Shown: positions 29,105 through 39,552 of the stretch, piece after piece
Position numbering within the stretch: the first letter of the stretch is position 1
Layout: every line of letters starts with the position of its first letter
DNA from: an uncultured Actinomycetota bacterium
GTDB lineage: Bacteria > Actinomycetota > Actinomycetes > JAHEKZ01
Assembly (NCBI GenBank): GCA_963829525.1
Contig: CAWHIJ010000003.1
Coordinates: 2,848,001-2,912,000 of the forward strand
DNA length: 64,000 nt
Direction: 5' to 3'
Translations under genes and position numbers: made by a program
Notes under the pieces: generated by a model
What the model was told of the DNA's origin: nothing
The model's input: only the letters and a program-made list of their open reading frames with translations
The model's database searches: none

Positions 29105-30228
29105 CGTGCCCGCTCCACCTCATGCTTGTTCATGGGGACAGGTTCCCCTACTGGCCGGGAGAACACCAAACGTCCGTTCGCAGTCGTGAGCACGCTGGTG
29201 ATCTGGACGAGCACCTCGTGGCCGACGAACTCGCGCCCGGCCTCGACCACCACCATCGTGCCGTCGTCGAGGTAACCGACTCCTTGGCCGGCCTCCTTGC
29301 CCGTCTTGGTGACCAGCACCACCACCTCGTCACCCGCGGTGACCGGGGGGCGGAGAGCCAGGGCGAGCGCATGCAGGTTGAGGACGCGAACACCGGCTAT
29401 TCCGGCCGCCTTCGCCAGGTTGGTGTCCAGGGTGAGCAGTGCGGCGTCCTTGTCGATCGCGAGTCGCACCAGCTTGGCGTCCACTTCAGGGACGCCGGGG
29501 ACGGTGTCGTCGAGCACGACGACCTCGACGCCCGCCTCGCGCTTGAGCGTCTCGAGGACCTCCAGGCCGCGCCGACCCTTGCCACGCCGGAGGTCGTCAC
29601 CGGCATCGGCGAAGCCTTGCAGCTCACCGATCACCGGAGCCGTCAGAAGAATCTGGCCGTGCAGGAAACCTGCGCGTACGACGTCAACGATGCGCCCGTC
29701 GATCGCGACTGACGTGTCGATGATCTTGGGGTAGGCAGCGGCAGCAGACGATGGCGGAGCCATCCCGGCCTTGGCACCAAACATGCCGATCATCGAGTCG
29801 CGCTTGGCTGCCCCCACCCGGAAGCCCATTAGCCCGAGCACGAAGACGACGAAGGCAAAGATCGGGATCGACAGTGCCGGGGTGTCGATGAAGAAGATCG
29901 GCCAGGCAACGGCAACGCCGACGAAGATCCCGACCAGGCCGCCAAACACGCCGCCGACAATCGTTTCCGCCGAGACCGAGCGAAGGCGCTCCTCGGTGCG
30001 GTCGACAGCCGCGACGGTGCTGCGCCCGATGGTGCCGCCGATGGCGTAGCCGATGAACGAGCCGAGGACGACCCCGAGCAGTACACCGTCGACGCCGGCG
30101 AACGCGGTCCCCTCAAGGTCCCACTGCGACCCGAGCAGCGACCCGAGGCCGGCAAAGAAGACCACGACGAACAGACGTAGGAGCTCGACAACGCCGCTGG
30201 GAACGCGCGCGAGCCGGGGGCGTTTCAT
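29101..30228 (-). CDS. Membrane-anchored PIN/TRAM domain protein (YacL-like)
   Basis: 4 TMs, KIIDTSVAIDGRI, ELQ..AD....R.KGRRGL, EVDAKL, T.D.NL.K, GKEAGQGVGYLDDGTMVVVE; AAGGAG RBS. Confidence 0.9.
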   Translation of the reverse strand: MKRPRLARVPSGVVELLRLFVVVFFAGLGSLLGSQWDLEGTAFAGVDGVLLGVVLGSFIGYAIGGTIGRSTVAAVDRTEERLRSVSAETIVGGVFGGLVGIFVGVAVAWPIFFIDTPALSIPIFAFVVFVLGLMGFRVGAAKRDSMIGMFGAKAGMAPPSSAAAAYPKIIDTSVAIDGRIVDVVRAGFLHGQILLTAPVIGELQGFADAGDDLRRGKGRRGLEVLETLKREAGVEVVVLDDTVPGVPEVDAKLVRLAIDKDAALLTLDTNLAKAAGIAGVRVLNLHALALALRPPVTAGDEVVVLVTKTGKEAGQGVGYLDDGTMVVVEAGREFVGHEVLVQITSVLTTANGRLVFSRPVGEPVPMNKHEVERAR

Positions 30229-30289
30229 GCGCTGCTGCTCCTTGGGCGGCCGTTGGGTGCCGAGCACCCTCGCCGAGCCGCCCGACCCG

Positions 30290-30772
30290 CTAGCTGGCCA
30301 GCACCTCGTCGAGGATGGCCTCGGCCTTGTCCTCATTGGTGTTCTCGGCAAGTGCGAGCTCGGACACAAGGATTTGGCGGGCCTTTGCCAGCATTCGCTT
30401 CTCGCCGGCCGACAGGCCGCGGTCCTGCTCACGGCGGAAGAGGTCTCGGACGACCTCGGCGACCTTGATGACGTCGCCCGATGCGAGCTTTTCGAGATTG
30501 GCCTTGTAGCGGCGCGACCAGTTCGTCGGCTCTTCGGTGTAGGGCATCCGCAGAACGGTGAAGACCCGCTGCAGTCCAGCGGCGTCGACGACGTCACGGA
30601 CGCCGACGTACTCGGCATTGTCAGCGGGAACCCGTACGGTGAGGTCTCCTTGGGCCACCTTGAGGACCAAGTAGAGCCGCTCTTGCCCCTTGACGGTCCG
30701 GGTCTCCACGGCCTCGATCTTCGCAGCACCATGGTGGGGATAGACGACCGTCTCGCCGACTTCGAACGTCAT
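30290..30772 (-). CDS. carD: RNA polymerase-binding transcription factor CarD
   Basis: [14 protein letters not shown]...[20 protein letters not shown]...LSAGEKRML. Confidence 0.97.
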   Translation of the reverse strand: MTFEVGETVVYPHHGAAKIEAVETRTVKGQERLYLVLKVAQGDLTVRVPADNAEYVGVRDVVDAAGLQRVFTVLRMPYTEEPTNWSRRYKANLEKLASGDVIKVAEVVRDLFRREQDRGLSAGEKRMLAKARQILVSELALAENTNEDKAEAILDEVLAS

Positions 30773-31097
30773 GTAGTGGTGTCCCCTCGTTGCGTCTAGG
30801 ACTCAAGCAAGCCGACCTCAAGAGCCGGCTCGTAGTCTTCGGGTCGTCGGCCCGTTACGTAGGAAGACCCACGCGGATGTGCCGTCTGGAGTTGTGCGGA
30901 GTCACTAGTCTAACACGACTCCCAGAGACTCGGACGGGCGTTTCCGCAGGTCAGAGGGCGTTCGCGATGGGAAGAACCCACCTTCTAGGGGTTGACAGAA
31001 CGGGTGTCCCCGTGGCACGCGCGCGCCCCTGGGCCAGTTCTGGGCAGGTCACCGACGTCCATTGGCGCTGGTCGAGAGCGGCGAGGATACTGCCCCT

Positions 31098-31865
31098 ATG
31101 AGCGGCTCGCGCGATACCGGGCCGGGCCCGGACGGTCGTCATGACGACCTGCCGCCCGAGGACTTGGCCGGACTTACGCTGCACGCTCCGGACGACCCTC
31201 GCGACCTCGACGCCGACCGAGCTGCCTGGCTCACCGAGAAGGTGAGCGGCACCGCCTCCCCCGCGTCTGACACGTGGGCACAGCGGCGCGATGCCAGGCG
31301 CCGCAGGCTGTCCGTGACCGCTGGAGTGCTGGTGATCTCGCTGCTCATCGTGGCGGTATCCAGCGCAGTCGGTGCGTGGATCGTCGGACCGCAGGCTTCT
31401 GCGCCACCGGCCGCTCCCCTGGCCAGCGCCGTCCCCGAGCCTGGCCAGATCGGGGGCCTCCTGCCCGAGGAGGCGGTCCTGCAGGACGGTGCGACTCCCA
31501 TCTCCGCACGTTCGCTGCGTCCAGCGGTGATAGCTCTGATCCCCGAGCCCTGCGACGAGTGCCAGCAGCTCTTGGCCACCATCGCAGATCAGGCGGGATC
31601 GTTCGGCGTCTCGACAGTGGTCGTCGGGGGTTCGGACCAAGCCGATCAGGTCACTGCCTTGTCCGAGGCGGTGGGTCCCATGCAGCTGAACGCGATGACC
31701 GACCCGGCGAACACACTTCGGGCGACCTACGGGCTCACCGGCATCACGCTTCTTCTGGTCCGCGATGACGGAGTCGTCGTTGACGTCGTGCGCGACCCGA
31801 CCCCGCAAACGCATCTGGAGGGAGGGCTGGTCGAGCTTGCGCCAGCCAGGACCAGCCAAACCTGA
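31098..31865 (+). CDS. Membrane-anchored protein with a thioredoxin-like CxxC region
   Basis: PDDPRDLDAD N-terminus, TM helix, PCDEC, LLLVRDDGVV; typical position divergent from carD. Confidence 0.7.
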   Translation: MSGSRDTGPGPDGRHDDLPPEDLAGLTLHAPDDPRDLDADRAAWLTEKVSGTASPASDTWAQRRDARRRRLSVTAGVLVISLLIVAVSSAVGAWIVGPQASAPPAAPLASAVPEPGQIGGLLPEEAVLQDGATPISARSLRPAVIALIPEPCDECQQLLATIADQAGSFGVSTVVVGGSDQADQVTALSEAVGPMQLNAMTDPANTLRATYGLTGITLLLVRDDGVVVDVVRDPTPQTHLEGGLVELAPARTSQT

Positions 31866-31914
31866 GGGCCGGGTTGCTCATCGGCGCCACAGGGCAGTGG
31901 CTACGCTGTCGGCC

Positions 31915-32433
31915 ATGACGCGCTCGCCCAGCCTTCCGGCTTCTGCCCTGCGACTGCCTATCGCCATCGCAGCCTCCGCCCTGCTCGTCCTCAGTGGTTG
32001 CGCCACGGGCCAGTCCGCTCAGACGAGCCAGCCGTACAACCCGTCCGACGGCCGCAACGCCAATATTCCAGAAAACGCCGGGTTCGATGACCCCTACCTG
32101 GCGGTGCGCAATGCGCTCGTCGTCAGCGACGGAGGCGCTGCTTCGATCACCGTCACGCTCGTTAACAACGCCGCCGACACTGACGTCCTGACGGAGGCAA
32201 AGATCGGTGACCAGACAGCGGTGTTCGTCGGGGGTCCCGTCGAGATCGCCCCTGATGAGAAGGTCGCGATTGGCGGTGGCTCCGAGCGAGTCGCTCTCGT
32301 TGCAGACGGTGGCGTCCAACCTGGTGACTGGACCGACTTGACGCTCACATTCACCAGGGCTGGCACCACCACACTGAGCGTTCTGGTGGTCGCGTCCGAC
32401 GACGAGTACGCCGCCCTCGGCGGGGACGCCTAA
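31915..32433 (+). CDS. Lipoprotein (LpqE-like)
   Basis: Lipobox LSGC, AQTSQPYNPSDG, LAVRNALVV, LTFTRAG. Confidence 0.75.
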   Translation: MTRSPSLPASALRLPIAIAASALLVLSGCATGQSAQTSQPYNPSDGRNANIPENAGFDDPYLAVRNALVVSDGGAASITVTLVNNAADTDVLTEAKIGDQTAVFVGGPVEIAPDEKVAIGGGSERVALVADGGVQPGDWTDLTLTFTRAGTTTLSVLVVASDDEYAALGGDA

Positions 32434-32464
32434 CCCTCGCGGCAAGGCCTTCCCGCGAGGGTTA
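32431..32464. terminator. Bidirectional hairpin between the convergent lipoprotein gene and regX3
   Basis: TAACCCTCGCGG...CCGCGAGGGTTA inverted repeat. Confidence 0.75.
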
Positions 32465-32467
32465 GCT

Positions 32468-33148
32468 TCAGCCTTCGAACTTGTAGCCCAGACCCCGCAG
32501 CGTCACGATGTGGCGCGGGTTGGTCGGGTCTTCCTCGATCTTGGCGCGCAGCCGCTTGACGTGGACGTCGAGTGTCTTGGTGTCGCCGACGTAGTCCGAG
32601 CCCCAGACGCGATCGATCAGCTGCATCCTGGTGAGAACGCGTCCGGCATTGCGCAGCAACATCTCGAGCAGCTCGAACTCCTTGAGCGGCAGTTTCAACG
32701 TCTCCCCGCGAACGGTGACAACGTGACGTTCGATATCCATCCGAACCGGTCCTCCCTCGAGCACCGGAGGCAGGAGCTCTTCGACGTCGCCACCACGCCG
32801 CAGTACTGCGCGGATCCTGGCCACCAGCTCTCGGGAGGAGAACGGTTTGGTGACGTAGTCGTCGGCGCCGAGCTCTAGACCGACGACCTTGTCGATCTCG
32901 CTGTCCTTGGCGGTCAGCATGATGACCGGGACATTCGAGCGCTGCCTGATCGTCCGGCACACCTCAGTTCCCGGGACCCCAGGAATCATCAGGTCCAGCA
33001 GCACCAAGTCGGCGCCGTTGCGCTCGAAGTCGCTGAGCGCGTCATTGCCGTTCGTGGCGACCGCAACGTCGTAGCCCTCCTTTCGCAACATGTAGGACAG
33101 GGCGTCGCTGAACGACTCCTCGTCCTCGACGACCAGCACTCGCGTCAC
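32468..33148 (-). CDS. regX3: Phosphate response regulator RegX3 (Streptomyces PhoP ortholog)
   Basis: MTRVLVVEDEESFSDALSYMLRKEG, LLDLM, GADDYVTKPF, WGSDYVGDTKTLDVHVKRLR. Confidence 0.95.
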   Translation of the reverse strand: MTRVLVVEDEESFSDALSYMLRKEGYDVAVATNGNDALSDFERNGADLVLLDLMIPGVPGTEVCRTIRQRSNVPVIMLTAKDSEIDKVVGLELGADDYVTKPFSSRELVARIRAVLRRGGDVEELLPPVLEGGPVRMDIERHVVTVRGETLKLPLKEFELLEMLLRNAGRVLTRMQLIDRVWGSDYVGDTKTLDVHVKRLRAKIEEDPTNPRHIVTLRGLGYKFEG

Positions 33149-34248
33149 GGGCTCTCCTCATCTTCGGTGTCGTCGGGTGGGGTTCGGCTGCGCCCTAGGC
33201 CGCGCCAGTCACCGCGGTGCGCCGGGAAGCGCAGCGTGAAGGTAGAACCTGCGCCCTCAGAGCTCCACACACCGACTTCGCCGCCGTGGTTGACAGCGAC
33301 ATGCTTGACGATCGACAGACCCAGCCCGGTACCACCAGTGATCCTCGAGCGAGCCGGGTCGACACGGTAGAAGCGCTCAAAGATGCGCTCGAGGTCGCGT
33401 TCGGGGATTCCGATGCCTTGGTCGGCGACGCTGATTTCGACGACGTCGTCGGCAAGGTGGACACCGACGGTGATCCGGGTGTGGTCGGGGCTGTAGTTGA
33501 TGGCGTTGGCCAGCAGGTTGCGAAGGGCGGCCGCAATCTGATCTTCGTCGCCGAGAACGGACAGACCATGCTGGCCACGCACCTCGAGGCGGATCTCCCG
33601 GGCTTCGGCCTCAAGGTGGGTGCTGTCGATGGCTTCGGCAACCACGTCGTCGACAGAGATGATGCGGGCCTCGCGCAGGGGGTCGTTGCTCTGCAACCGC
33701 GAGAGCGAGATGAGGTCTTGCACCATCAGCGTCAGCCGATTCGACTCGTGCTGCATCCGAAGCGCGAAGCGGCGTACCGATTCAGGATCGTCGGCCGACC
33801 CCGAGACCGCCTCGGAAAGGAGGGACAGCGCGCCCACCGGGGTCTTGAGCTCGTGGCTGACGTTGGCCACGAAGTCGCGGCGCACCGCGTCCAGCCGGCG
33901 CACCGCGGTCTGGTCCTCCGCGAGCAGCAGCACGTGTTCGCCGAGCGGTGCGAGGCGAACGTCGAGCACCAGCAGCTCGGTCCCGCGGTGCCCACGCGGC
34001 ACCTCGACCTCGAGATCGCGCACCTCGCCGTCCCGACGCACCTGCCGCGCCAGCAGCACGAGCATGTCAACGCGAAGCCGGCTTCCTCGGATCAGGCCGT
34101 ACGGCAGGGCCGACGGGCTCGAGCGGACGACTCGATCACGGGCGTCGAGCACCACCCATGCCGACCGCAGGGCCGAGAGCACCGCCTCCGCCCCGGGGGG
34201 CAGGGCAGTCGATCCGGCATCACGAGACGTTGGCACGGGTTCGGACAC
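33145..34248 (-). CDS. senX3: Sensor histidine kinase SenX3 (PhoR-type), no clear TM segment
   Basis: RRDFVANVSHELKTP H-box, NLLANAINYS, DQGIGI, FERFYRVD, GGTGLGLSIVKH. Confidence 0.93.
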   Translation of the reverse strand: MSEPVPTSRDAGSTALPPGAEAVLSALRSAWVVLDARDRVVRSSPSALPYGLIRGSRLRVDMLVLLARQVRRDGEVRDLEVEVPRGHRGTELLVLDVRLAPLGEHVLLLAEDQTAVRRLDAVRRDFVANVSHELKTPVGALSLLSEAVSGSADDPESVRRFALRMQHESNRLTLMVQDLISLSRLQSNDPLREARIISVDDVVAEAIDSTHLEAEAREIRLEVRGQHGLSVLGDEDQIAAALRNLLANAINYSPDHTRITVGVHLADDVVEISVADQGIGIPERDLERIFERFYRVDPARSRITGGTGLGLSIVKHVAVNHGGEVGVWSSEGAGSTFTLRFPAHRGDWRGLGRSRTPPDDTEDEESP

Positions 34249-34319
34249 CCCTCAACAGTAGGACGCCGGACGCCCCTGTTCTCCTGTGCGGGGGCAGTTC
34301 TGCCTTCCGTTTCCGAGAT

Positions 34320-34370
34320 GTTCACCGCTTGGGCGCCGATGGTTTACCGGGACCCACCTGCAGTTCACCC
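34320..34370 (+). promoter_or_regulatory. PHO-box-like direct repeats in the divergent senX3/phoU promoter
   Basis: GTTCACC (34320), GTTTACC (34342), GTTCACC (34363) match the Streptomyces PhoP GTTCACC repeat at ~2-helical-turn spacing. Confidence 0.75.
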
Positions 34371-34391
34371 ACGACCCCCTACGCTGTGGCC

Positions 34392-35051
34392 ATGCGCGAG
34401 CAGTATCACGAGCAACTGGCCGAGATCAGTGAACGCCTTGTCGAGATGACCCAGATGGTGGGTGACGCCATGGGTCGATCGACCCGAGCGCTTCTCGAGG
34501 GCGACCTCCAGGCTGCAGAGTCGGTGATCGCCAGCGACATCGACATCGACGAGCGCGCCGACGCTCTGGAAGAGCTGACCCTCGACGTCATCGCGCTTCA
34601 GGCGCCGGTAGCCGGCGAGCTCCGCGTCCTGGTCGGCGCGCTGCGCATCAGCACGACGCTCGAGCGGATGGGCGACCTCGCTGAGCACATCGCCAGGAGC
34701 GCCCGCCGCCGCTACCCAGACCTGGCGGTACCGGAAGAACTTCACGAGACCATTCGCGAGATGGGCGATCTCGCCGTCCGCTTGGTCTACGAGACCGGCG
34801 AGATCATCAAGACCGTCGACGTCGCCCATGCACTTCGCCTGGAGGTCGAGGACGACCGAATGGACGAGCTGCACCGGCAGATGTTTATGAAGATCCTTGC
34901 TCCAGAGTGGTCGCACGGCGTCGAGAGCGCCATCGACGCAACCCTCATCAGCCGCTTCTACGAGCGATTCGCCGACCACTCAGTCTCGGTGGCGCGTCGA
35001 GTGGTGCATCAGGCCACCGGGATGCGCCCGCAGACCATGGAGCACGACTAG
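34392..35051 (+). CDS. phoU: Phosphate signalling protein PhoU
   Basis: MREQYHEQL..., LQAPVAGELR, LERMGDLAEHIA, DDRMDELH, RFYERFADHSVSVA; leaderless TACGCT-N6-ATG. Confidence 0.95.
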   Translation: MREQYHEQLAEISERLVEMTQMVGDAMGRSTRALLEGDLQAAESVIASDIDIDERADALEELTLDVIALQAPVAGELRVLVGALRISTTLERMGDLAEHIARSARRRYPDLAVPEELHETIREMGDLAVRLVYETGEIIKTVDVAHALRLEVEDDRMDELHRQMFMKILAPEWSHGVESAIDATLISRFYERFADHSVSVARRVVHQATGMRPQTMEHD

Positions 35052-35077
35052 CACCGACGCGTGTGCGTTCGACGGCC

Positions 35078-35165
35078 ACGCGGTCCTGGCGTTGACGTTG
35101 CAGATGTGACGCGGTCCCGACGTTGACGCTGCTGATGTGACGCGGTCCTGACGTTGACGCTGCTG
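35078..35165. repeat. 31-bp tandem repeat, ~2.8 copies
   Basis: ACGCGGTCCTGACGTTGACGCTGCTGATGTG-like units at 35078, 35109, 35140. Confidence 0.9.
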
Positions 35166-35200
35166 GCGAGACCGAAAAGAAGCGACACCCCGCGCACGCA

Positions 35201-35276
35201 CTCGACCCGCTGGGGCGTCAAGCTGAGATGTCTCGACCCGCTGGGGAGTCAAACTGCGATGTCTCGACGCGCTGGG
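35201..35276. repeat. Second 31-bp tandem repeat, ~2.5 copies
   Basis: CTCGACCCGCTGGGGCGTCAAGCTGAGATGT-like units at 35201, 35232, 35263. Confidence 0.9.
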
Positions 35277-35278
35277 CA

Positions 35279-36022
35279 CTAGTGCCCCTGGCTGGCCACC
35301 GCGGTGATGGCAGCCTTGGCAGCCTCGGGGTCGAGATACTCCCCGCCGCGTGTCGTGGGGCGGAGCGCGGCATCGAGGTCGTAGCGCAGCGGGATCCCGG
35401 TGGGGATGTTGAGCCCGGCGATCGCGCCATCGGAGATCTGGTCGAGGTGTTTGACCAAGGCGCGCAATGAGTTTCCGTGGGCGGTGACCAGCACCGTCAG
35501 TCCTGCCTGCAGGTCGGGAACGATCGCGTCGTACCAGTACGGCAGCATCCGCTCGAGGACGTCTTTGAGGCACTCCGACCGGGGTAGCAGCTCGGGCGGC
35601 AAACCCGCGTACCGCGGGTCTCCCACCTGAGAGAACTCGTCGTCATCTGGGAGCGGCGGCGGCGGGGTGTCGTACGAACGCCGCCAGAGCATGAACTGAT
35701 CCTCGCCGAACTCCGCGCGCGTCTGCTTCTTGTCTTTGCCCTGCAGCGCGCCGTAGTGACGCTCGTTGAGCCGCCATGACCTCCGCACCGGCAGCCACTG
35801 TCGGTCGCACGCCTCAAGGGCAAGCTCAGCCGTGCGGATCGCACGGCGCTGCACCGACGTGTGCAGCACATCCGGCAAGACGTCCGCGTCCCGCAGCAGG
35901 TGCCCACCACGCACGGCCTCTGCTATGCCGACTTCGGTGAGCCCAACGTCCACCCATCCGGTGAACAGGTTCTTGGCGTTCCACTCACTTTGACCGTGGC
36001 GTAGCAGCACGAGCGTCGACAT
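35279..36022 (-). CDS. gpmA: 2,3-bisphosphoglycerate-dependent phosphoglycerate mutase
   Basis: [45 protein letters not shown]. Confidence 0.97.
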   Translation of the reverse strand: MSTLVLLRHGQSEWNAKNLFTGWVDVGLTEVGIAEAVRGGHLLRDADVLPDVLHTSVQRRAIRTAELALEACDRQWLPVRRSWRLNERHYGALQGKDKKQTRAEFGEDQFMLWRRSYDTPPPPLPDDDEFSQVGDPRYAGLPPELLPRSECLKDVLERMLPYWYDAIVPDLQAGLTVLVTAHGNSLRALVKHLDQISDGAIAGLNIPTGIPLRYDLDAALRPTTRGGEYLDPEAAKAAITAVASQGH

Positions 36023-36090
36023 ATTGCGAGCGTACCGGGACGGGACCAAGGCCCATTCGCCCCTCCCGCTGCGCGGACTACGGTGAAGCC

Positions 36091-36471
36091 ATGACGCACA
36101 CCGACACGCACGCACCCTCGTACGGCAAAGGCGTTCAGGCCGAGCTACGTGACCCGGCTCTGGCACTCCGCAAGGCGATCCCTGAGGTGTACGAAGGGTT
36201 CAACACGCTGCATTCCGCCGCGTACGCCGACGGAGCCTTGGACCGCAAGACCAAGGAGCTGATCGCACTAGCCATCGCCACCAGCGAGCAATGCGACGGA
36301 TGTATCGCCTCACACACGCGTGGTGCTGCAAAGGCTGGTGCGACCGAGGCCGAGGTGGCCGAGACCCTCGGAGTCTGCATCCAGATGATGGGCGGGCCAG
36401 GCACCGTGTACGCCCCCCGGGCGTTCGCCGCGTTCCGTGAGTTCGCTGAGACCTACGCCGCCCGAGACTGA
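36091..36471 (+). CDS. Carboxymuconolactone decarboxylase/AhpD-family protein
   Basis: [16 protein letters not shown]...CDGCIASH...GATEAEVAE. Confidence 0.9.
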   Translation: MTHTDTHAPSYGKGVQAELRDPALALRKAIPEVYEGFNTLHSAAYADGALDRKTKELIALAIATSEQCDGCIASHTRGAAKAGATEAEVAETLGVCIQMMGGPGTVYAPRAFAAFREFAETYAARD

Positions 36472-36491
36472 ACGCCCACCCGCAACCCCGT

Positions 36492-36810
36492 AGCCGTCAC
36501 GCCTTCACGGAAGCCGTCGAGCCGTCACGGGGGCGCTGCCACGGAAGCCGTCACGGGGCGCCGTCACGGAAGCCGTCAAGCCGTCACGGGGGCGCCGTCA
36601 CGGGAGCCGTCACGGAAGCCGTCAAGCCGTCACGGGGGCGCCGCCACGGAAGCCGTCACGGAAGCGCTGCCACGGAAGCCGTCACGGAAGCCGTCAAGCC
36701 GTCACGGTGACACCGCCGCCGCCACCGCCACCCCGACACCGCTGCCGCCACCCCGCTGCCGCCACCCCGCTGCCGCTGCCGCCACCCCGCTGCCGCCACC
36801 CCGCTGCCGC
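36492..36810. repeat. Compound low-complexity repeat tract
   Basis: Many GCCGTCACGG(AA)/GCCGTCAA modules (36492-36707), then CCGCTGCCGCCACC modules. Confidence 0.9.
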
Positions 36811-36842
36811 GGCTACCCCGAAGGTGCGCGCGTCTAGGCGTG

Positions 36843-36893
36843 GTTGCGGAGCGTAATCCGCGCTGAGCGCGGTTTTTGTTCCGCAGTTGGCGG
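36843..36893. repeat. REP-like palindromic element, copy A
   Basis: TGCGGA..ATCCGCGC-N3-GCGCGGTTTT..TCCGCA hairpin; gap-free similarity to 60188-60238. Confidence 0.7.
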
Positions 36894-36935
36894 TATCTCG
36901 GTCCCCGAAGGGTCAAACCCAGACGCACCCACCCG

Positions 36936-37451
36936 CTACCCCGAACCGTCAAACCCGTCAGAAGGCTTCCGTCCGTCGTCGATGAGATGCGTGAATGCCT
37001 GCAGGTTCGCCAGCGACTCGCCACGTGAGACGCGCCAAGCCCACTCGCGTCTGATGCTGGTGGCGAAACCGAGCTCGAGAAGGGAGTTGAACGAGGAGTC
37101 GGCGACGTCCAAGATGCGCCCGAGCAGCTGGTCTACCTCGGCAACCGACACTGCGGCTAATGGCAGCTGGCCAACGACGTAGACATCGCCGAGTGGATCG
37201 ATGCCAAAGGCAACACCCGGGTGCTTGGCATTGTGCTGAAGCAACCATCGATGGACGCCATCGGCGTTCTCGTCGGGGTGTCGTACGACAAACGCGTTAG
37301 CCGTCATGCTGTGTGGGCCGACGACCAGCAAGACCGTCGTGCGTAGCTTCTGCTCCCCCGGCAGCACGGCGACGAAGGTTCCCGGTGAAGACTCCTCGAA
37401 GGGGATGCCGAGTAGGCCCAATGCCTCTCGAACTGTCGCTGCCGCGTCCAC
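36936..37451 (-). CDS. YbjN-domain protein
   Basis: LPGEQKLRT, AFVVRHPDEN, GDVYVVG, LELGFATSIRREWAWRVSRGESLANLQAF; usual position after mshA. Confidence 0.88.
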   Translation of the reverse strand: MDAAATVREALGLLGIPFEESSPGTFVAVLPGEQKLRTTVLLVVGPHSMTANAFVVRHPDENADGVHRWLLQHNAKHPGVAFGIDPLGDVYVVGQLPLAAVSVAEVDQLLGRILDVADSSFNSLLELGFATSIRREWAWRVSRGESLANLQAFTHLIDDGRKPSDGFDGSG

Positions 37452-37468
37452 GGCCGCATTCTTGCGCG

Positions 37469-38749
37469 TCAGGACGCCGCGCGCTGCCGCTGGTGTGATG
37501 AGAGGGCATCCTGGTAGACCTCGAGTGTGGCCTTGGCTGTGGCATCCCAGCCGAACTCAGCAGCGTGCCGGACAGCGCCAGCTGACAGCGCCAAGCGGCG
37601 CCGTGGCTCAGCGATCAGTTGCTGCAGCACGGCCGCGTAGCTCCTCGGATCGTGTCCGTCGATCAGGACACCTGAGACACCATCTGAGACTGCGGTGCGT
37701 AGACCACCAACGGAGGCGGCCACGACCGGCGTACCGACTGCCTGCGACTCGATCGCCACCAAGCCGAAGGACTCGTTGTGGGATGGCACGACGGTGACGT
37801 CCGCAGCGCGGTACCAGTCGACGAGGTCAACCTGCGCCACTGGCGGGGCGAACCGAACGACGTCAGCGATGCCGAGCTGGTGGGCCAGCGCCTCGAGGTG
37901 ATCGGGGTGCGCCAGCCCCGATCCGCTGGGACCCCCGACGACGGCCACAACGAGCTCGTCACGCAGAGATGGCCGCTCGGCCAGTAGCTGAGCTGCGGCG
38001 CGCAGGAGGAGGTCTGGCGCCTTCAGTGGCTGGATCCGACCAACGAAGAGCAGAACCTGGGCCGAGGGAGCGAGCCCAAGACGGCGGCGTGCGGCACCGC
38101 CGTCCCCTGGCGTGAAGACGCTGAGGTCGACGCCCGGAGGGACGGTCGAAACCTGCGAGGGGTGCGCGTCGTAGAGGTCGAGCAGCTGAGACGCCTCCGC
38201 GCTGGTGTTTGCAAGCAGCCGGTCGGCGGCAGCAACCACCGACGACTCACCGATCATGCGGCCGGAAGGCTCAGGAACATCGCCTTCTGCGAGGAGGGAG
38301 TTCTTCACTTTGGCCATCGTGTGCATGGAGTGGACGAGCGGCACCTGCCATCTGTCTTGAGCAAGCGCCCCGACCTGGCCAGAGAGCCAGTAGTGCGAGT
38401 GAACCAGGTCGAAGTGTCCGGGGTCGTGCTGTGCCTCGACCCGCAGGACGCCGGAGGCGAACGGACAGAGCAGGGCCGGTAGATCTTCCTTGGCCATCGG
38501 CTCGAACGGCCCGGCCGCGATGTGCCGCACCAGCACCCCGGGGGCCAGCTCTTCGGTAGCAGGCAGAGCGCCCGAGGTCGCACGGGTGAAGACCTCGACC
38601 TCGACGCCGAGACCAGCAAGGCGTTTGGCCGTTTCCACGATGTAGACGTTCATGCCCCCGGCGTCGCCGGTACCGGGCTGGTCGAGGGGTGAGGTGTGTA
38701 CCGAGAGCATGGCCACCCGCGAGGGCGCCAGACGCCGGAGCACGCTCAC
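37469..38749 (-). CDS. mshA: D-inositol-3-phosphate glycosyltransferase
   Basis: [55 protein letters not shown]. Confidence 0.96.
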   Translation of the reverse strand: MSVLRRLAPSRVAMLSVHTSPLDQPGTGDAGGMNVYIVETAKRLAGLGVEVEVFTRATSGALPATEELAPGVLVRHIAAGPFEPMAKEDLPALLCPFASGVLRVEAQHDPGHFDLVHSHYWLSGQVGALAQDRWQVPLVHSMHTMAKVKNSLLAEGDVPEPSGRMIGESSVVAAADRLLANTSAEASQLLDLYDAHPSQVSTVPPGVDLSVFTPGDGGAARRRLGLAPSAQVLLFVGRIQPLKAPDLLLRAAAQLLAERPSLRDELVVAVVGGPSGSGLAHPDHLEALAHQLGIADVVRFAPPVAQVDLVDWYRAADVTVVPSHNESFGLVAIESQAVGTPVVAASVGGLRTAVSDGVSGVLIDGHDPRSYAAVLQQLIAEPRRRLALSAGAVRHAAEFGWDATAKATLEVYQDALSSHQRQRAAS

Positions 38750-38997
38750 GGTGTCGTCCCTTCGTCGTCCGATGTGGGGGCGCCCTGTCTGGGACCGTCG
38801 CGCGGCCAGAGAGGGGAACAGCCCAAGGCTCAGAACCTCTCCTGATCCTGCCGCATTCCCGCACGTCGGGCCAACTGAGTGGACCGACTCACTTGCGAAA
38901 GGCCCACCGACCTCCAAGAAGGACACCTTCACGCGCTCTGGGCGAACAAAGGCCGCCCTCAGCACCGGCCAGCCATCACGTGAGGCACCCTTGAGGG

Positions 38998-39552
38998 GTG
39001 GCCCTTCCCCAGCTGGACACCGAGCGCCTGACGCTGCGCGCCTGGGATCCCGATGACCCCGCAGACGTTGCCGCGGCGTACGACATCTACCGTCGCGAGG
39101 AGGTCTCCCGCTGGCTGGGCGCTGATCCGGCCCCCTGGGCGAGCAAGCAGGCGGCTCACGACCGGTTGCTGCGCTGGCAGTCAGCGGGCTTCGACGCCCC
39201 CGGATACGGCATCTGGGCCATCGTGCCGACCGGTCAGCACGAGCCCATCGGCTCTGCCCTACTCATGCATCTGCCCGACGCCGAGGGGACGCTGACCGAG
39301 GACGTCGAGATTGGCTGGCACCTCCACCCCGACCACTGGGGCCACGGATACGCCACCGAGGCGGCGGCGCGGTTGATGCGCCACGCGAACGAGACTCACG
39401 ACATCACCGAGATCAATGCCCTCGCCTACCCCGGCAACGACGCGTCAGTGGCGGTGATGCGGCGCCTCGGGATGGTCCCCCGCGGAGAGACCGACGCCTG
39501 GTACGGCGTCCACCTGCAGTGGTGGTCCACCGCGACAGAGCCCAACCCATGA
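38998..39552 (+). CDS. RimJ/RimL-type GNAT acetyltransferase
   Basis: [36 protein letters not shown]. Confidence 0.9.
   Translation: MALPQLDTERLTLRAWDPDDPADVAAAYDIYRREEVSRWLGADPAPWASKQAAHDRLLRWQSAGFDAPGYGIWAIVPTGQHEPIGSALLMHLPDAEGTLTEDVEIGWHLHPDHWGHGYATEAAARLMRHANETHDITEINALAYPGNDASVAVMRRLGMVPRGETDAWYGVHLQWWSTATEPNP

Noticed and set aside
29101-30732. 543-aa PIN/TRAM ORF overlapping carD
   Set aside because: The N-terminal extension is an off-frame read through carD; an RBS and family-typical length support ATG 30228.
30939-30958. CTGACCTGCGGAAAC motif upstream of carD as a specific regulator site
   Set aside because: A common intergenic motif in actinomycete genomes; a single occurrence gives no specific evidence.
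35078-35276. 31-bp repeats as a CRISPR array
   Set aside because: Units are head-to-tail with no unique spacers, there are fewer than 3 full copies, and no cas genes are present.
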